In this document: in pieces, positions 11,784 to 21,668 of the stretch
How the letters are laid out: every line of letters starts with the position of its first letter
How positions within the stretch are numbered: the stretch's first letter is position 1
Source: Pseudomonas aeruginosa PAO1
GTDB taxonomy: Bacteria; Pseudomonadota; Gammaproteobacteria; Pseudomonadales; Pseudomonadaceae
DNA: 64,000 nucleotides
Strand: one strand, 5' to 3'
Assembly (NCBI RefSeq): GCF_000006765.1
Contig: NC_002516.2
Program-made: the position numbers and the translations under genes
Notes under the pieces: model-generated
What the model saw: only the letters and a program-made list of their open reading frames with translations
Told to the model about the DNA's origin: nothing
Database searches by the model: none

Positions 11784-13163
11784 ATGAGCGACGTACCCGC
11801 CAACCAGTTGTTCGATGCCTATTTCATGGCGGCGCCGATGCGCGCGGTGTTCTCCGACCGCGGCCGCCTGCAAGGCATGCTCGACTTCGAGGCCGCCCTG
11901 GCCCGCGCCGAGGCGCGCACCGGGGTGGTTCCCGCGACGGCGGTGGCGCCGATCGAGGCGGCCTGCCGCGCCGAACTGTACGACCCGCTGGCGCTGGCCG
12001 AGGCGGTCGCCACTGCCGGCAACTCGGCGATCCCGCTGGTCAAGGCGCTGGGCCGCCAGGTGGCGGCTGGCGACGCCGAGGCCGAGCGCTACGTGCATCT
12101 CGGCGCCACCAGCCAGGACGCCATGGACAGCGGCCTGGTGCTGCAACTGCGCCGTGCGCTGGCCTTGCTCGAGCAGGATCTGCAACGTCTTGCCGAGGTC
12201 CTGGCGGACCAGGCCGAACGGCATGCCGACACGCCGCTGGCCGGGCGCACCTGGTTGCAGCACGCCACCCCGGTGACCCTGGGCATGAAGCTCGCCGGCC
12301 TGCTCGGTGCCTTGACCCGGCACCGCCAGCGCCTGCGCGAGTTGCGCCCGCGCCTGCTGGTGCTGCAATTCGGCGGCGCCTCGGGGACGCTCGCCGCGCT
12401 CGGCGAACAGGCCCTGCCGGTGGCCGCGGCGCTGGCCGAGGAGCTGGGCCTGGCTTTGCCCGAACAACCCTGGCACACCCAGCGCGACCGCCTGGTGGAA
12501 TTCGCCAGCGTGCTCGGCCTGGTGGCCGGTAGCCTCGGCAAGTTCGGTCGCGATGTCAGCCTGCTGATGCAGACCGAGGCCGGCGAGGTCTTCGAGCCGG
12601 CCGGCGCCGGGCGCGGCGGTTCCTCGACCATGCCGCACAAGCGCAACCCGGTGAGCAGCGCGGTGCTGATCGCCGCCGCCACCCGTGCGCCGGGGCTGGT
12701 CTCGACCCTGTTCGCGGCGATGCCGCAGGAACACGAGCGCAGCCTCGGTCTCTGGCACGCCGAGTGGGAAACCCTGCCGGAACTCTGTTGCCTGGTTGCC
12801 GGCGCGCTGCAACAGGCGATCGGCCTGCTCGAAGGCCTGGAGGTGGACGCCCAGCGGATGCGCCGCAACCTTGGCCTGACCCACGGCCTGGTGCTCGCCG
12901 AGGCGGTGAGCATCGCCCTGGCCCGCCGTATCGGCCGCGAAGCCGCGCACCATCTGGTGGAACAGTGCTGCCGCCGCGCCGTCGAGCAGCGCCGCGAGTT
13001 GCGCGCGGTGCTCGGCGAAGAGGCGCGGGTGAGCGCCGAGTTGTCCGGCGACGAACTGGACCGCCTGCTCGATCCCGCCCATTACCTCGGCCAGGCCCGC
13101 GCCTGGGTCGAGCGCGCGCTCGCCGAACACCATGCCCTGGGCTTCGAACCCCATCCCGCCTGA
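11784..13163 (+). CDS. pcaB: 3-carboxy-cis,cis-muconate cycloisomerase
   Basis: Fumarase/lyase superfamily GSSTMPHKRNP; HLGATSQD. Confidence 0.93.
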   Translation: MSDVPANQLFDAYFMAAPMRAVFSDRGRLQGMLDFEAALARAEARTGVVPATAVAPIEAACRAELYDPLALAEAVATAGNSAIPLVKALGRQVAAGDAEAERYVHLGATSQDAMDSGLVLQLRRALALLEQDLQRLAEVLADQAERHADTPLAGRTWLQHATPVTLGMKLAGLLGALTRHRQRLRELRPRLLVLQFGGASGTLAALGEQALPVAAALAEELGLALPEQPWHTQRDRLVEFASVLGLVAGSLGKFGRDVSLLMQTEAGEVFEPAGAGRGGSSTMPHKRNPVSSAVLIAAATRAPGLVSTLFAAMPQEHERSLGLWHAEWETLPELCCLVAGALQQAIGLLEGLEVDAQRMRRNLGLTHGLVLAEAVSIALARRIGREAAHHLVEQCCRRAVEQRRELRAVLGEEARVSAELSGDELDRLLDPAHYLGQARAWVERALAEHHALGFEPHPA

Positions 13164-13178
13164 CTGGAGATCCCCTTC

Positions 13179-13970
13179 GTGCCAACCGTACGCCTCGCCG
13201 ACGGCGACCTGAACTACTCCCTGGAAGGACCGGCCGGCGCGCCGGTCCTGCTGTTGTCAAACTCGCTGGGCACCGACCTGGGCATGTGGGACACGCAGAT
13301 CCCCGCACTCACCGCCCATTTCCGCGTGCTGCGCTACGACACCCGCGGCCACGGCGCCTCGCTGGTCACCCCCGGACCGTACGCCATCGGCCAGCTCGGC
13401 GCCGACGTGCTTGCCCTGCTCGATGCCCTCGAGCTGCCGCGCGTGCATTTCTGCGGGCTGTCCATGGGCGGCCTGATCGGCCAGTGGCTGGGCATCCACG
13501 CCGGCGAGCGGCTCGGCCGGCTGGTGCTGTGCAACACCGCGGCGAAGATTGCCAGCGACGAGGTCTGGAACACCCGCATCGATACCGTCCTGAAAGGCGG
13601 CGAGCAGGCCATGCGTGACCTGCGCGACGCCTCGGTGGCGCGCTGGTTCACCGCGGGCTTCGCCGAGCGCGAACCGGCGCAGGTCGAGCGCATCGTCGCG
13701 ATGCTCGCGGCCACCTCGCCGCAGGGCTACGCGGCCAACTGCGCTGCGGTACGCGACGCCGATTTCCGCGAGCAGCTCGGGCTGGTCCAGGCGCCGACGC
13801 TGATCGTCGCCGGCAGCCACGATGCCGTGACCACTCCGGACAACGCCCGCTTCATGCAGGCGCGCATCGCCGACGCGCAGTTGGTCGAGTTCGCCGCCGC
13901 GCACCTGTCCAACGTCGAAGCGGGCGACGCCTTCAGCCGCCGCCTGGTCGATTTCCTGCTGTCCGCCTGA
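13179..13970 (+). CDS. pcaD: 3-oxoadipate enol-lactonase
   Basis: GTG start after GGAG; NSLGTD, GLSMGG alpha/beta hydrolase motifs. Confidence 0.92.
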   Translation: MPTVRLADGDLNYSLEGPAGAPVLLLSNSLGTDLGMWDTQIPALTAHFRVLRYDTRGHGASLVTPGPYAIGQLGADVLALLDALELPRVHFCGLSMGGLIGQWLGIHAGERLGRLVLCNTAAKIASDEVWNTRIDTVLKGGEQAMRDLRDASVARWFTAGFAEREPAQVERIVAMLAATSPQGYAANCAAVRDADFREQLGLVQAPTLIVAGSHDAVTTPDNARFMQARIADAQLVEFAAAHLSNVEAGDAFSRRLVDFLLSA

Positions 13971-13980
13971 GGAGCCGCCG

Positions 13981-14382
13981 ATGGACGAGAAACAACGCTA
14001 CGAAGCCGGCATGCAAGTGCGCCGCGCGGTGCTCGGCGCCGCCCATGTCGAGCGCAGCCTGGCCAACCTGACGCCGTTCAACGAAGAGTTCCAGGAGATG
14101 ATCACCCGCCACGCCTGGGGCGACATCTGGACCCGTCCGGGGCTGCCGCGACACACCCGCAGCCTGGTCACCATCGCCATGCTGATCGGCATGAACCGCA
14201 ACGAGGAACTCAAGCTGCATCTGCGCGCGGCGAAGAACAACGGGGTGAGCCGCGACGAGATCAAGGAAGTGATCATGCAGAGCGCCATCTACTGCGGTAT
14301 TCCCGCGGCCAACGCGACCTTCCACCTGGCCGAATCGGTGTGGGACGAGCTTGGCGTGGAGTCGCAGCAGGCGTCCCGGTAG
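13981..14382 (+). CDS. pcaC: 4-carboxymuconolactone decarboxylase
   Basis: WGDIWTRPGL, AIYCGIPAAN CMD motifs. Confidence 0.93.
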   Translation: MDEKQRYEAGMQVRRAVLGAAHVERSLANLTPFNEEFQEMITRHAWGDIWTRPGLPRHTRSLVTIAMLIGMNRNEELKLHLRAAKNNGVSRDEIKEVIMQSAIYCGIPAANATFHLAESVWDELGVESQQASR

Positions 14383-14401
14383 GTCGCCGGCGGCGCTAGC
14401 G

Positions 14402-14470
14402 GTAGGGCGAATGGCGTCGCAGGCGTTATCCGCCGATACCCCGAGGGCCAACGGCGGTTATCCGTCCTGC
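14402..14470. repeat. REP doublet (GTAG family), degenerate
   Basis: GTAGGGCGAATGGCG...GCGTTATCCGCCGATAC... matches the unit of the 16.5-kb array. Confidence 0.7.
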
Positions 14471-14556
14471 GCGTGGGCCGGCGAGGCGGCGCTTCCCCTT
14501 GCCATTCGCCGGCGTTTCCCGGAAGGTCGACAGCTCCGTCATCCCTTCGGTCCGCC

Positions 14557-15498
14557 ATGAGCCGCAAGCTGCATATCCACGCGCCCGCGATCCACTACTT
14601 CGACATGGTTCGCCGCTGCCATTCGATCCGCGAAGCCGCGCGGCGCCTGAACGTCGCCTCGTCGGCGGTGAACCGGCAGATCCTCAAGCTGGAGGACGAG
14701 ATCGGCGCGCCGCTGTTCGACCGCCTGCCCGGCGGCCTGCGCCTGACCGGAGCCGGGGAGATCTTCGCGCGCCACGTCACCGTGGTCCTGCAGGACATGG
14801 AGCGCGTGCGTTCCGAACTGGACGCGCTGCAAGGCCTGCGCACCGGCCATGTGGAGATCGCCACCATCGAAGCGGTGACCAGCGACCTGCTGCCCTGCGT
14901 GCTCAAGGCGATGCGCGAGCGCTACCCGGACATCACCGTCGGCGTCACCCTGCTCGGTTCCCAGGCGATACCCGAGGCGGTGAGCAGTGGCGCGGTCGAC
15001 CTCGGCCTGGCCTTCGCCCTGCCGCGCAGCGCCGACCTGCAACAGGTCAGCGTCGGCCATTTCCGCCTCGGTGCCATCGTCTCCCCGCAGCACCCGTTGG
15101 CGCGACACCAGGCCATCGCCTTCGCCGATTGCGTCGAACATGGCCTGATCATGGCCAAGAGCGAGCTGTCCATCCATCACCTGCTGGCGCCGCTCCAGCG
15201 CCGTTTGCGCGAACCGCGCCGGGCGGTGCTGGAGAGCAGCTCCCTGGAGCTGTCGCGACAACTGGCGCGGCGCGGGCTCGGCGTCGCCTTCCAGACCCGC
15301 CTGGGGATCGAGGCCGACATCGCCCAGGGCGAGCTGCGTTTCCTGCCGCTGAAAGACAATGGCGGCATCCACAGCGACCTCGGCCTCTACGTGCGCACCG
15401 GCCGTTACCTGCCGGTGGCGGTGGACGCCCTGGCCCGGCAGATCGCCGAGGAAGTGCGCCTGCGCGAGCGCGAGGAAGCGCGCCTGAACGAGGCCTGA
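14557..15498 (+). CDS. LysR-family regulator (PA0233-like)
   Basis: SIREAARRLNVASSAVNRQILKLE HTH. Confidence 0.9.
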   Translation: MSRKLHIHAPAIHYFDMVRRCHSIREAARRLNVASSAVNRQILKLEDEIGAPLFDRLPGGLRLTGAGEIFARHVTVVLQDMERVRSELDALQGLRTGHVEIATIEAVTSDLLPCVLKAMRERYPDITVGVTLLGSQAIPEAVSSGAVDLGLAFALPRSADLQQVSVGHFRLGAIVSPQHPLARHQAIAFADCVEHGLIMAKSELSIHHLLAPLQRRLREPRRAVLESSSLELSRQLARRGLGVAFQTRLGIEADIAQGELRFLPLKDNGGIHSDLGLYVRTGRYLPVAVDALARQIAEEVRLREREEARLNEA

Positions 15499-15688
15499 GC
15501 GGCGCTCGCGCCGATGCCAGACGGCTTGCCCGAGCTTGCCCGTCCGCTGATGCCGTTTCGGCATCGGCATGTTCGATATTCTGTTCTTTGGTCAGCGCGG
15601 CGAAGTGCCGATACTGCCCCGCGACCCCGGCGCGAAACCGGGGGCTGAGTCGCCACAAGAACAACAAGCAACCAGCAGGACACACAGC

Positions 15689-16522
15689 ATGAAGAAGATG
15701 ATGCAGGGCGCCGCCGCCCTGATCGCGCTCGTCGGCGCCGGGGAGAGCATGGCGCTGGAATGGATGAGCAACAGCGTCGGTTTCCGTTACGGCCAGCAAT
15801 TCACCAACCCGAACAACCCGGACAAGTTCGCCAAGCGCATCTACAGCTTCACCCACGCCGACGGCTATCGCTACGGCAGCAATTTCTTCAATCTCGATGT
15901 GTTCCTTTCCGACAACCGCGACCCGCGCAAGGGCACCGACCATGGTGGCAGCGAAGTCTATGCGGTCTACCGCCACCAGCTCTACGCTTCGCGGGTGTTC
16001 GACCGGCCGCTGGGCACCGGCCTGGTCAAGGACTACGCCTTCACCCTGGGCTTCGACGCCAGCCGCAACAACAACCTGGCTTCGGCCAAGAAGCGCGCCC
16101 TGGTGTTCGGCCCGACCCTCAAGTTCAACGGTCCCGGCGTGCTCGACCTGAGCCTGCTCTACTACCGCGAGAAGAACCACTTCGGCGTGCCCGGCGCGCG
16201 CCATCCCGACCACACCTTCGACACCACCTACATGCTTAACCTGACCTGGATGCGGCCGTTCAAGGTCGGCAACCATGCGGCGAAGTTCCAGGGCTTCGTC
16301 AACTACGTGGGAGATAAGGGCGAGGACTACAACGACAAGCACACCGCGGCGGAAACCCTGGTCCGCACCGCCCTGATGGTCGCCGCCCTGCCAGGCGACA
16401 AGCGCCAGCCGAACCTGTGGCTCGGCGTCGGCTACGAGTATTGGCACAACAAGTTCGGCGTCGACGGTGGCACCGGCAGCCGCACCTCGACGCCGACGTT
16501 GAATATGGAATTCACCTTCTGA
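15689..16522 (+). CDS. Outer-membrane beta-barrel, Tsx-like channel (PA0234-like)
   Basis: AGGA RBS, signal peptide, alternating amphipathic strands, C-terminal Phe (NMEFTF). Confidence 0.7.
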   Translation: MKKMMQGAAALIALVGAGESMALEWMSNSVGFRYGQQFTNPNNPDKFAKRIYSFTHADGYRYGSNFFNLDVFLSDNRDPRKGTDHGGSEVYAVYRHQLYASRVFDRPLGTGLVKDYAFTLGFDASRNNNLASAKKRALVFGPTLKFNGPGVLDLSLLYYREKNHFGVPGARHPDHTFDTTYMLNLTWMRPFKVGNHAAKFQGFVNYVGDKGEDYNDKHTAAETLVRTALMVAALPGDKRQPNLWLGVGYEYWHNKFGVDGGTGSRTSTPTLNMEFTF

Positions 16523-16536
16523 AGCGAAGCGCCGTC

Positions 16537-16955
16537 GCCCTACGCGATGCCGCCAACCCTGGGGTGGGGCGGATAACGCCACCGGCGTTATCCGCCGATA
16601 CACCGAAGCCCGGCGGCGGATAACCGCGAGCGGTTATGCGCCCTACGCGATGCCGACCCCTGGGGTAGGGCGAATAACGCCACCGGCGTTATCCGCCGAT
16701 ACACCGAAGCCCGGCGGCGGATAACCGCAAGCGGTTATGCGCCCTACGCGATGCCGACCCCTGGGGTAGGGCGAATAACGCCATCGGCGTTATCCGCCGA
16801 TACACCGAAGCCCGGCGGCGGATAACCGCGAGCGGTTATACGCCCTACGCGATGCCGACCCCTGGAGTAGGGCGAATAACGCCACCGGCGTTATCCGCCG
16901 ATACACCGAAGCCCGACGGCGGATAACCGCAAGCGGTTATGCGTCCTACGCGATG
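16537..16955. repeat. Tandem REP/BIME array: four about 101-bp units, each with two inverted GTAG-type REP palindromes
   Basis: Units start at 16537, 16640, 16741, 16842 (partial at 16943); GTAGGGCGAATAACGCC-ACC-GGCGTTATCCGCC and inverted GGCGGATAACCGC-GAG-CGGTTATGCGCCCTAC. Confidence 0.92.
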
Positions 16956-16963
16956 GGGCAGTT

Positions 16964-18310
16964 TCACCCCGCATCCGCGTGACTGACCAACCCCTTCAGC
17001 AGCACCGCGGCGGTGGCCAGTGCAGCCGGCAGCACCAGGGCGGTCAGCACCTGTTCGAAGTTCCAGCCCAGGCCCAGCAGGGTGGCGCCGATCCAGGCGC
17101 CGAGGATGGCGCCGAAGCGGCCGATACCGAGCATCCAGGAGACCCCCGTGGCACGCCCCTGGGTCGGATAGAAGCGTGCCGCCAGCGACGGCATCGCCGA
17201 CTGCGCGCCGTTGATGCACATGCCGGCCAGCAGCACCAGGGTCGCCAGCAGGGTGACCTGGCCGAGGCTCTGGCCGACGCACCAGGCGAACACCCCCGCC
17301 AGCAGGTAGAACAGGCCGATCACCTTGTGCGGGTTGAAGCGATCCATCGCCCAGCCCACCGCTACGGCGCTGAGCACCCCGCCGAACTGGAACAGCGCGC
17401 CGATGAACGCCGCCTGCTCCAGGCTCGCGCCGCTATCGCGCATCAGGGTCGGCAGCCAGCTGGTGAGCAGGTAGACGATCACCAGGCCCATGAAGTAGGT
17501 CAGCCAGAGCAGCAGGGTGCCGGCGCTGTAGGTACCGGAAAAGATCACCGCGAACACGTTGCGGGCCTGCACCGTCTGCTGCTCGGGGACGTGGAAACTC
17601 CGTGCCAGCGCCACCTGCGCCGGGGCGATGGGGGCCAGCACCTGGCGTACCCGCTCGCTGCCGCGGTTGCGCACCACCAGGTAGCGCGCCGATTCCGGCA
17701 GGCGGAACAGCAGGACTACCGCCAGGACCAGCGGTAGCAGGCCGCCGAGCAGCAGCAGGCTGTGCCAGCCGAACAGCGGGATCAGCTTCGCCGAGACGAA
17801 TCCGCCGCAGGCCATGCCCAGGTTGAAGCCACAGAACATGCTGGTCACCAGCAGCGACTTGAGGCGCTCGGGGGTGTATTCGGAAAGCAGGGTGGTGGCG
17901 TTGGGCATCGCCGCGCCGAGGCCGAGGCCGGTGAGGAAGCGCAGCGCCAGCAGTTGCTCGACGTTGGTGCTGTAGGCCGAGGCCAGGCTGAACAGGCCGA
18001 AGAGGAAGACCGCCGCGACCAATACCAGCTTGCGTCCGTAGCGGTCGGCCAGCGGTCCGGAGCCGAGGGCGCCGAAGACCATGCCGATCAGCGCGGCGCT
18101 CATCACCGGCCCGAGGCTGGCGCGGTCGATGCCCCAGTCCTGGGTCAGCGCCGGAGCGATGAAGCCCATCGCGGCGGTGTCGAGGCCATCGAGGAAGACG
18201 ATCAGGAAGCACAGCAGGACGATCCGCCATTGGTACGGCGAAAGCGGCTGGGCATTGATGAAGGCTTGCACGTCGAGTCGTTCGACGGCGGGCAGGCTGG
18301 GGCTGTTCAT
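16964..18310 (-). CDS. pcaK: 4-hydroxybenzoate/protocatechuate transporter (AAHS MFS)
   Basis: DGLDTAAMG, GPLADRYGRK, SEYTP, GIGRFG motifs. Confidence 0.92.
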   Translation of the reverse strand: MNSPSLPAVERLDVQAFINAQPLSPYQWRIVLLCFLIVFLDGLDTAAMGFIAPALTQDWGIDRASLGPVMSAALIGMVFGALGSGPLADRYGRKLVLVAAVFLFGLFSLASAYSTNVEQLLALRFLTGLGLGAAMPNATTLLSEYTPERLKSLLVTSMFCGFNLGMACGGFVSAKLIPLFGWHSLLLLGGLLPLVLAVVLLFRLPESARYLVVRNRGSERVRQVLAPIAPAQVALARSFHVPEQQTVQARNVFAVIFSGTYSAGTLLLWLTYFMGLVIVYLLTSWLPTLMRDSGASLEQAAFIGALFQFGGVLSAVAVGWAMDRFNPHKVIGLFYLLAGVFAWCVGQSLGQVTLLATLVLLAGMCINGAQSAMPSLAARFYPTQGRATGVSWMLGIGRFGAILGAWIGATLLGLGWNFEQVLTALVLPAALATAAVLLKGLVSHADAG

Positions 18311-18488
18311 GGGACGGGTTCCGCGGCGAGAGTGAGGGCGTGGGACGAGGGTCGGACGCGTGGCTCAGGTGCAGGCGGCGGAAGGCAAGGCGTGCTGCGG
18401 CATGTCGGGATTCCCCTGTTGTTTTTGTAGCGGAGGCGCTCGGCCTGCCGGGGTGCAGACACATTACGGAGGGCCATGGGGAGTGGCA

Positions 18489-18522
18489 ATCCGATAATCG
18501 TTTATCGGTTCGCTGATCGAAC
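18489..18522 (-). promoter_or_regulatory. Tandem PcaR-type operator upstream of pcaK
   Basis: Minus strand GTTCGATCAGCGAAC-4 nt-AAACGATTATCGGAT, same layout as at pcaI. Confidence 0.72.
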
Positions 18523-18615
18523 GAAACCCTGTGAAATCTCGACCTTCGCCAGGCTGTGAAAATCCGGAACCAGATTCTAGAATCCTGCCTTTCCTCGACT
18601 CAGGAACGCCCCTCC

Positions 18616-19395
18616 ATGGCCGGTAGCCTCATCGAACGCGCCCTCGGCTTGCTCGAACTCCTCGCCAGCGATGCCCGTGGCCTGCCCCTGCAACAACTGG
18701 CGGACCGCCTGGATATCCCCAAGAGCGCCGCGCACCGCATGCTCGCCGAGCTGATCCGGCTCGGCTACGTGCGCCAGGACGACGACACCAGCCGCTACCG
18801 CCTCAGCACCCGCCTGGCCGCGCTGGGCTTCCGCTTCCTCGCTTCCAGCGGGGTGGTCGACCTGGTCCAGCCGGTGCTCGACGGGCTCGCCCGGGAGACC
18901 GGCGAACTGGTGCGCCTGGGGGTGATCGAAGGCGATCGCCAGACCTGGATCGCCAAGTCCCAGGGCGCCACCTCCGGGCTACGCTACGACCCCGACATGG
19001 GGCGCGAGGCGCCGCTGTTCTACACCGCATCCGGGCACGCCTGGCTGGCCAGCCTGAGCGACAAGGCGGCGCTGGCGCTGGTGGAGCGCCAGGGCGTAGG
19101 GGCGGCGCGGGACTTCGGTCCCAACGCGCCGCGCTCCAGGAGCGAGCTGCTGCGCTACCTGAAGCGCGCCCGCGAGCACGGCTATGCCTGGCAGATCGAA
19201 TGCTCGGCGCCGGGCATGGCGGCGATGGCCGCACTGGTGCGCCACCCCGAGGACGGACGGGCTCTCGGCGTGCTCAGCGTGGCCGGGCCGAGCGCACGCT
19301 TCGGCGAGGCGCGCATGCACGAACTGGCGCCCCTGCTCCTGGCCGCGGCGCAGGACCTGTCCCACGCCAGCCAGGCGTCCGAGCTGTTCCGCTGA
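18616..19395 (+). CDS. IclR-family regulator (PA0236-like)
   Basis: IERALGLLE, PKSAAHRML HTH; TASGHAWL IclR effector domain. Confidence 0.9.
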   Translation: MAGSLIERALGLLELLASDARGLPLQQLADRLDIPKSAAHRMLAELIRLGYVRQDDDTSRYRLSTRLAALGFRFLASSGVVDLVQPVLDGLARETGELVRLGVIEGDRQTWIAKSQGATSGLRYDPDMGREAPLFYTASGHAWLASLSDKAALALVERQGVGAARDFGPNAPRSRSELLRYLKRAREHGYAWQIECSAPGMAAMAALVRHPEDGRALGVLSVAGPSARFGEARMHELAPLLLAAAQDLSHASQASELFR

Positions 19396-19433
19396 GCCAT
19401 CCGGCCCGGCCCCAGTCCTTTCCCGACATCAGC

Positions 19434-19448
19434 GTTCGAATAGCGAAC
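19434..19448. promoter_or_regulatory. Single PcaR-type box
   Basis: GTTCGAATAGCGAAC about 190 bp upstream of the Gfo/Idh/MocA operon. Confidence 0.5.
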
Positions 19449-19637
19449 GCTTTCTTGCCTGTCACGAGCCCGCATGCGGCGGGCCTTTCCGCACTTCCAT
19501 GGATGCCCCGGCGGTAGTGCCGTCTCGAAGCGCTCTTGCGCGGGGCCAGCCACTCGTTCAAATAATCTCCCTCGCTAAATCTGGAACGACGTTCTGGAAT
19601 CTTGAAGCGAACAAGAAAACAACGATTGGGGACCGCC

Positions 19638-20681
19638 TTGGACGCACCGCTTCGCATCGCCCTCATCGGCGCCGGCAATATGGGCCGCCAGCATTACCAC
19701 CGCTTGCAGCGAATCGCCGGCGCGCGCCTGTGTGCGGTGGCCGATCCCCAGGGCCAGGCGTTCGCCGCGGACACCGGCGTGCCCTGGTTCGGCGATCATC
19801 GGAGGTTGCTGGAAGAAGCCCGGCCGCAAGCGGCGATCGTCGCCAATCCGAACAACCTGCATGTCGCCACCGCCCTCGACTGCCTCGCCGCCGGGGTGCC
19901 GCTGCTGCTGGAAAAACCGGTCGGCGTGCAGCTCGACGAAGTGAGCGAGCTGGTGGCCGTCGCCCGGCGATCTGGCGTTCCGCTGCTGGTCGGTCACCAT
20001 CGTCGGCACAATCCGCTGGTCGTGCGGGCGCGCCAATTGATCGCCGAGGGCGCGCTCGGTCGGTTGCTGTCGGTCACCGCGCTCTGGCAGTTGAAGAAGC
20101 CCGACAGTTATTTCGAGGTGGCCTGGCGTCGCGAGCCCGGCGCGGGAATGTTGCTGACCAACCTGATCCATGACCTCGACCTGCTCCGCCACCTGTGCGG
20201 GGAAGTGCGGGAGGTGCAGGCGCTGGCCGGCAACGCTATCCGTGGCCTGCCCAACGAAGACAACATCGCGCTGCTCCTGCGCTTCGCCAATGGCGCCCTG
20301 GGCAGCCTGACCGGTTGCGACGCTGCGGCGGCGCCCTGGAGCTGGGAGCTGGCAGCCGGGGAGAACCCGGTCTATCCGCGCCAGGCCGAGCAACCCTGCT
20401 ACCTGCTGGCCGGCACCGAGGGTGCCCTGAGCCTTCCCCAGCTCCGCCGCTGGCGCTACGCCGAGGCCCGGCAGGGCTGGCACGACCCGCTGGCGGCCAG
20501 CGAGGAGGCCGTGGCGACAGGCGATCCCCTGCAACGCCAGCTAGAGCACTTCGTCCGGGTCGCGCGGGGCGAGGAAGCGCCATTGATGGATGCCACCGAC
20601 GCCGCTCGCACCCTGGCGCTGGTCGAGGCGGTTCGCGAGGCCGCGCGCAGTGGCCGGGCCTGCGCGCCGGCCAGTTTCTGA
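19638..20681 (+). CDS. Gfo/Idh/MocA NAD(P)-dependent oxidoreductase (PA0237-like)
   Basis: TTG start after GGGGA; IGAGNMG, LEKP, GHHRRH, IHDLD. Confidence 0.85.
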   Translation: MDAPLRIALIGAGNMGRQHYHRLQRIAGARLCAVADPQGQAFAADTGVPWFGDHRRLLEEARPQAAIVANPNNLHVATALDCLAAGVPLLLEKPVGVQLDEVSELVAVARRSGVPLLVGHHRRHNPLVVRARQLIAEGALGRLLSVTALWQLKKPDSYFEVAWRREPGAGMLLTNLIHDLDLLRHLCGEVREVQALAGNAIRGLPNEDNIALLLRFANGALGSLTGCDAAAAPWSWELAAGENPVYPRQAEQPCYLLAGTEGALSLPQLRRWRYAEARQGWHDPLAASEEAVATGDPLQRQLEHFVRVARGEEAPLMDATDAARTLALVEAVREAARSGRACAPASF

Positions 20682-20703
20682 ACCGCTGACGATGAGGTAG
20701 TGC

Positions 20704-21519
20704 ATGGAATCTAGGATTCTTTCCCTGGCGGCGCTCACCGTGCTCGAGCTGTCGCCCCCGGACATGGTCGAGGCTGCCGCCCGCGCCGGCTACAGTCATG
20801 TCGGCCTGCGCCTGGTGCCGGCCACCGTGGAAGAGCACCACTATCCGCTGCTGGCCGATGCCGGCCTGCGCCGGCGGACCCTGGCGCGGCTGCGCGACAG
20901 CGGAGTGCGCACGCTGGACGTGGAGATCCTGCGCCTGCGTCCGGACACCCGCGTCGGCGAGTTCGCCGCGGTGCTGGAGGTCGGCGCCGAGTTCGGCGCG
21001 CGCTATGTGCTGGTGGCCGGCAACGATGACGACGAACGACGCAGCGCGGACAATTTCGCCGCGTTGTGCGACCTGGCGCGGCCGCTCGGCCTCGACCCGC
21101 ACCTGGAGTTCATGCCCTGGACCGGGATCCGCGACCTGCGGCAGGCCGCGCGGGTGGTCGAGGCGGCGGCGCGGGATAACGCCGGCCTGTTGCTGGACGC
21201 CTTCCATTTCGACCGCTCGGCCAGCAGCCTGGAAGACCTGCGGGCGATCCCGCCTGCGCGCCTGGGCTACGCGCAACTCTGCGATGTCGTCGGGCCGCGT
21301 CCGACGTCGATGGACGAAATCCTTCGCCAGGCCCGCGAGGAACGGCGCTTCCCTGGCGATGGCGGGCTCGATCTGCTGGCGCTGCTGCGCGCCTTGCCGG
21401 AGAACCTGCCGCTGAGCCTGGAGGTGCCCGCGCTGGATCTGCTCGCGCGCGGCGTGGATGGCGCGGAGCGGGCGCGGCTGGCGATCGAGCGGACCCGGGC
21501 GCTGCTCGCCCGCCTGTAG
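20704..21519 (+). CDS. Sugar-phosphate isomerase/epimerase (AP-endonuclease-2 TIM barrel) (PA0238-like)
   Basis: LEFMPW, LDAFHF, QLCD, LEVP metal-ligand pattern. Confidence 0.82.
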   Translation: MESRILSLAALTVLELSPPDMVEAAARAGYSHVGLRLVPATVEEHHYPLLADAGLRRRTLARLRDSGVRTLDVEILRLRPDTRVGEFAAVLEVGAEFGARYVLVAGNDDDERRSADNFAALCDLARPLGLDPHLEFMPWTGIRDLRQAARVVEAAARDNAGLLLDAFHFDRSASSLEDLRAIPPARLGYAQLCDVVGPRPTSMDEILRQAREERRFPGDGGLDLLALLRALPENLPLSLEVPALDLLARGVDGAERARLAIERTRALLARL

Positions 21520-21668
21520 CGCCACCGCGCAGGCAGGTTGCCCGTTTGCATAATGGAACGGGGTTCTATAGTTTCCAAACGTTGAAGCCGATCGTTTCTT
21601 TCCTCGATGGCGGGTACCGTCAGAATAAATAGCCTGCTATCGATTTGCCCTGGTGCCCGGACCCTCCG

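Noticed and set aside
16537-16955. CRISPR array
   Set aside because: The intervening sequences are near-identical rather than unique spacers, the units are GTAG-REP doublets, and no cas genes are present.
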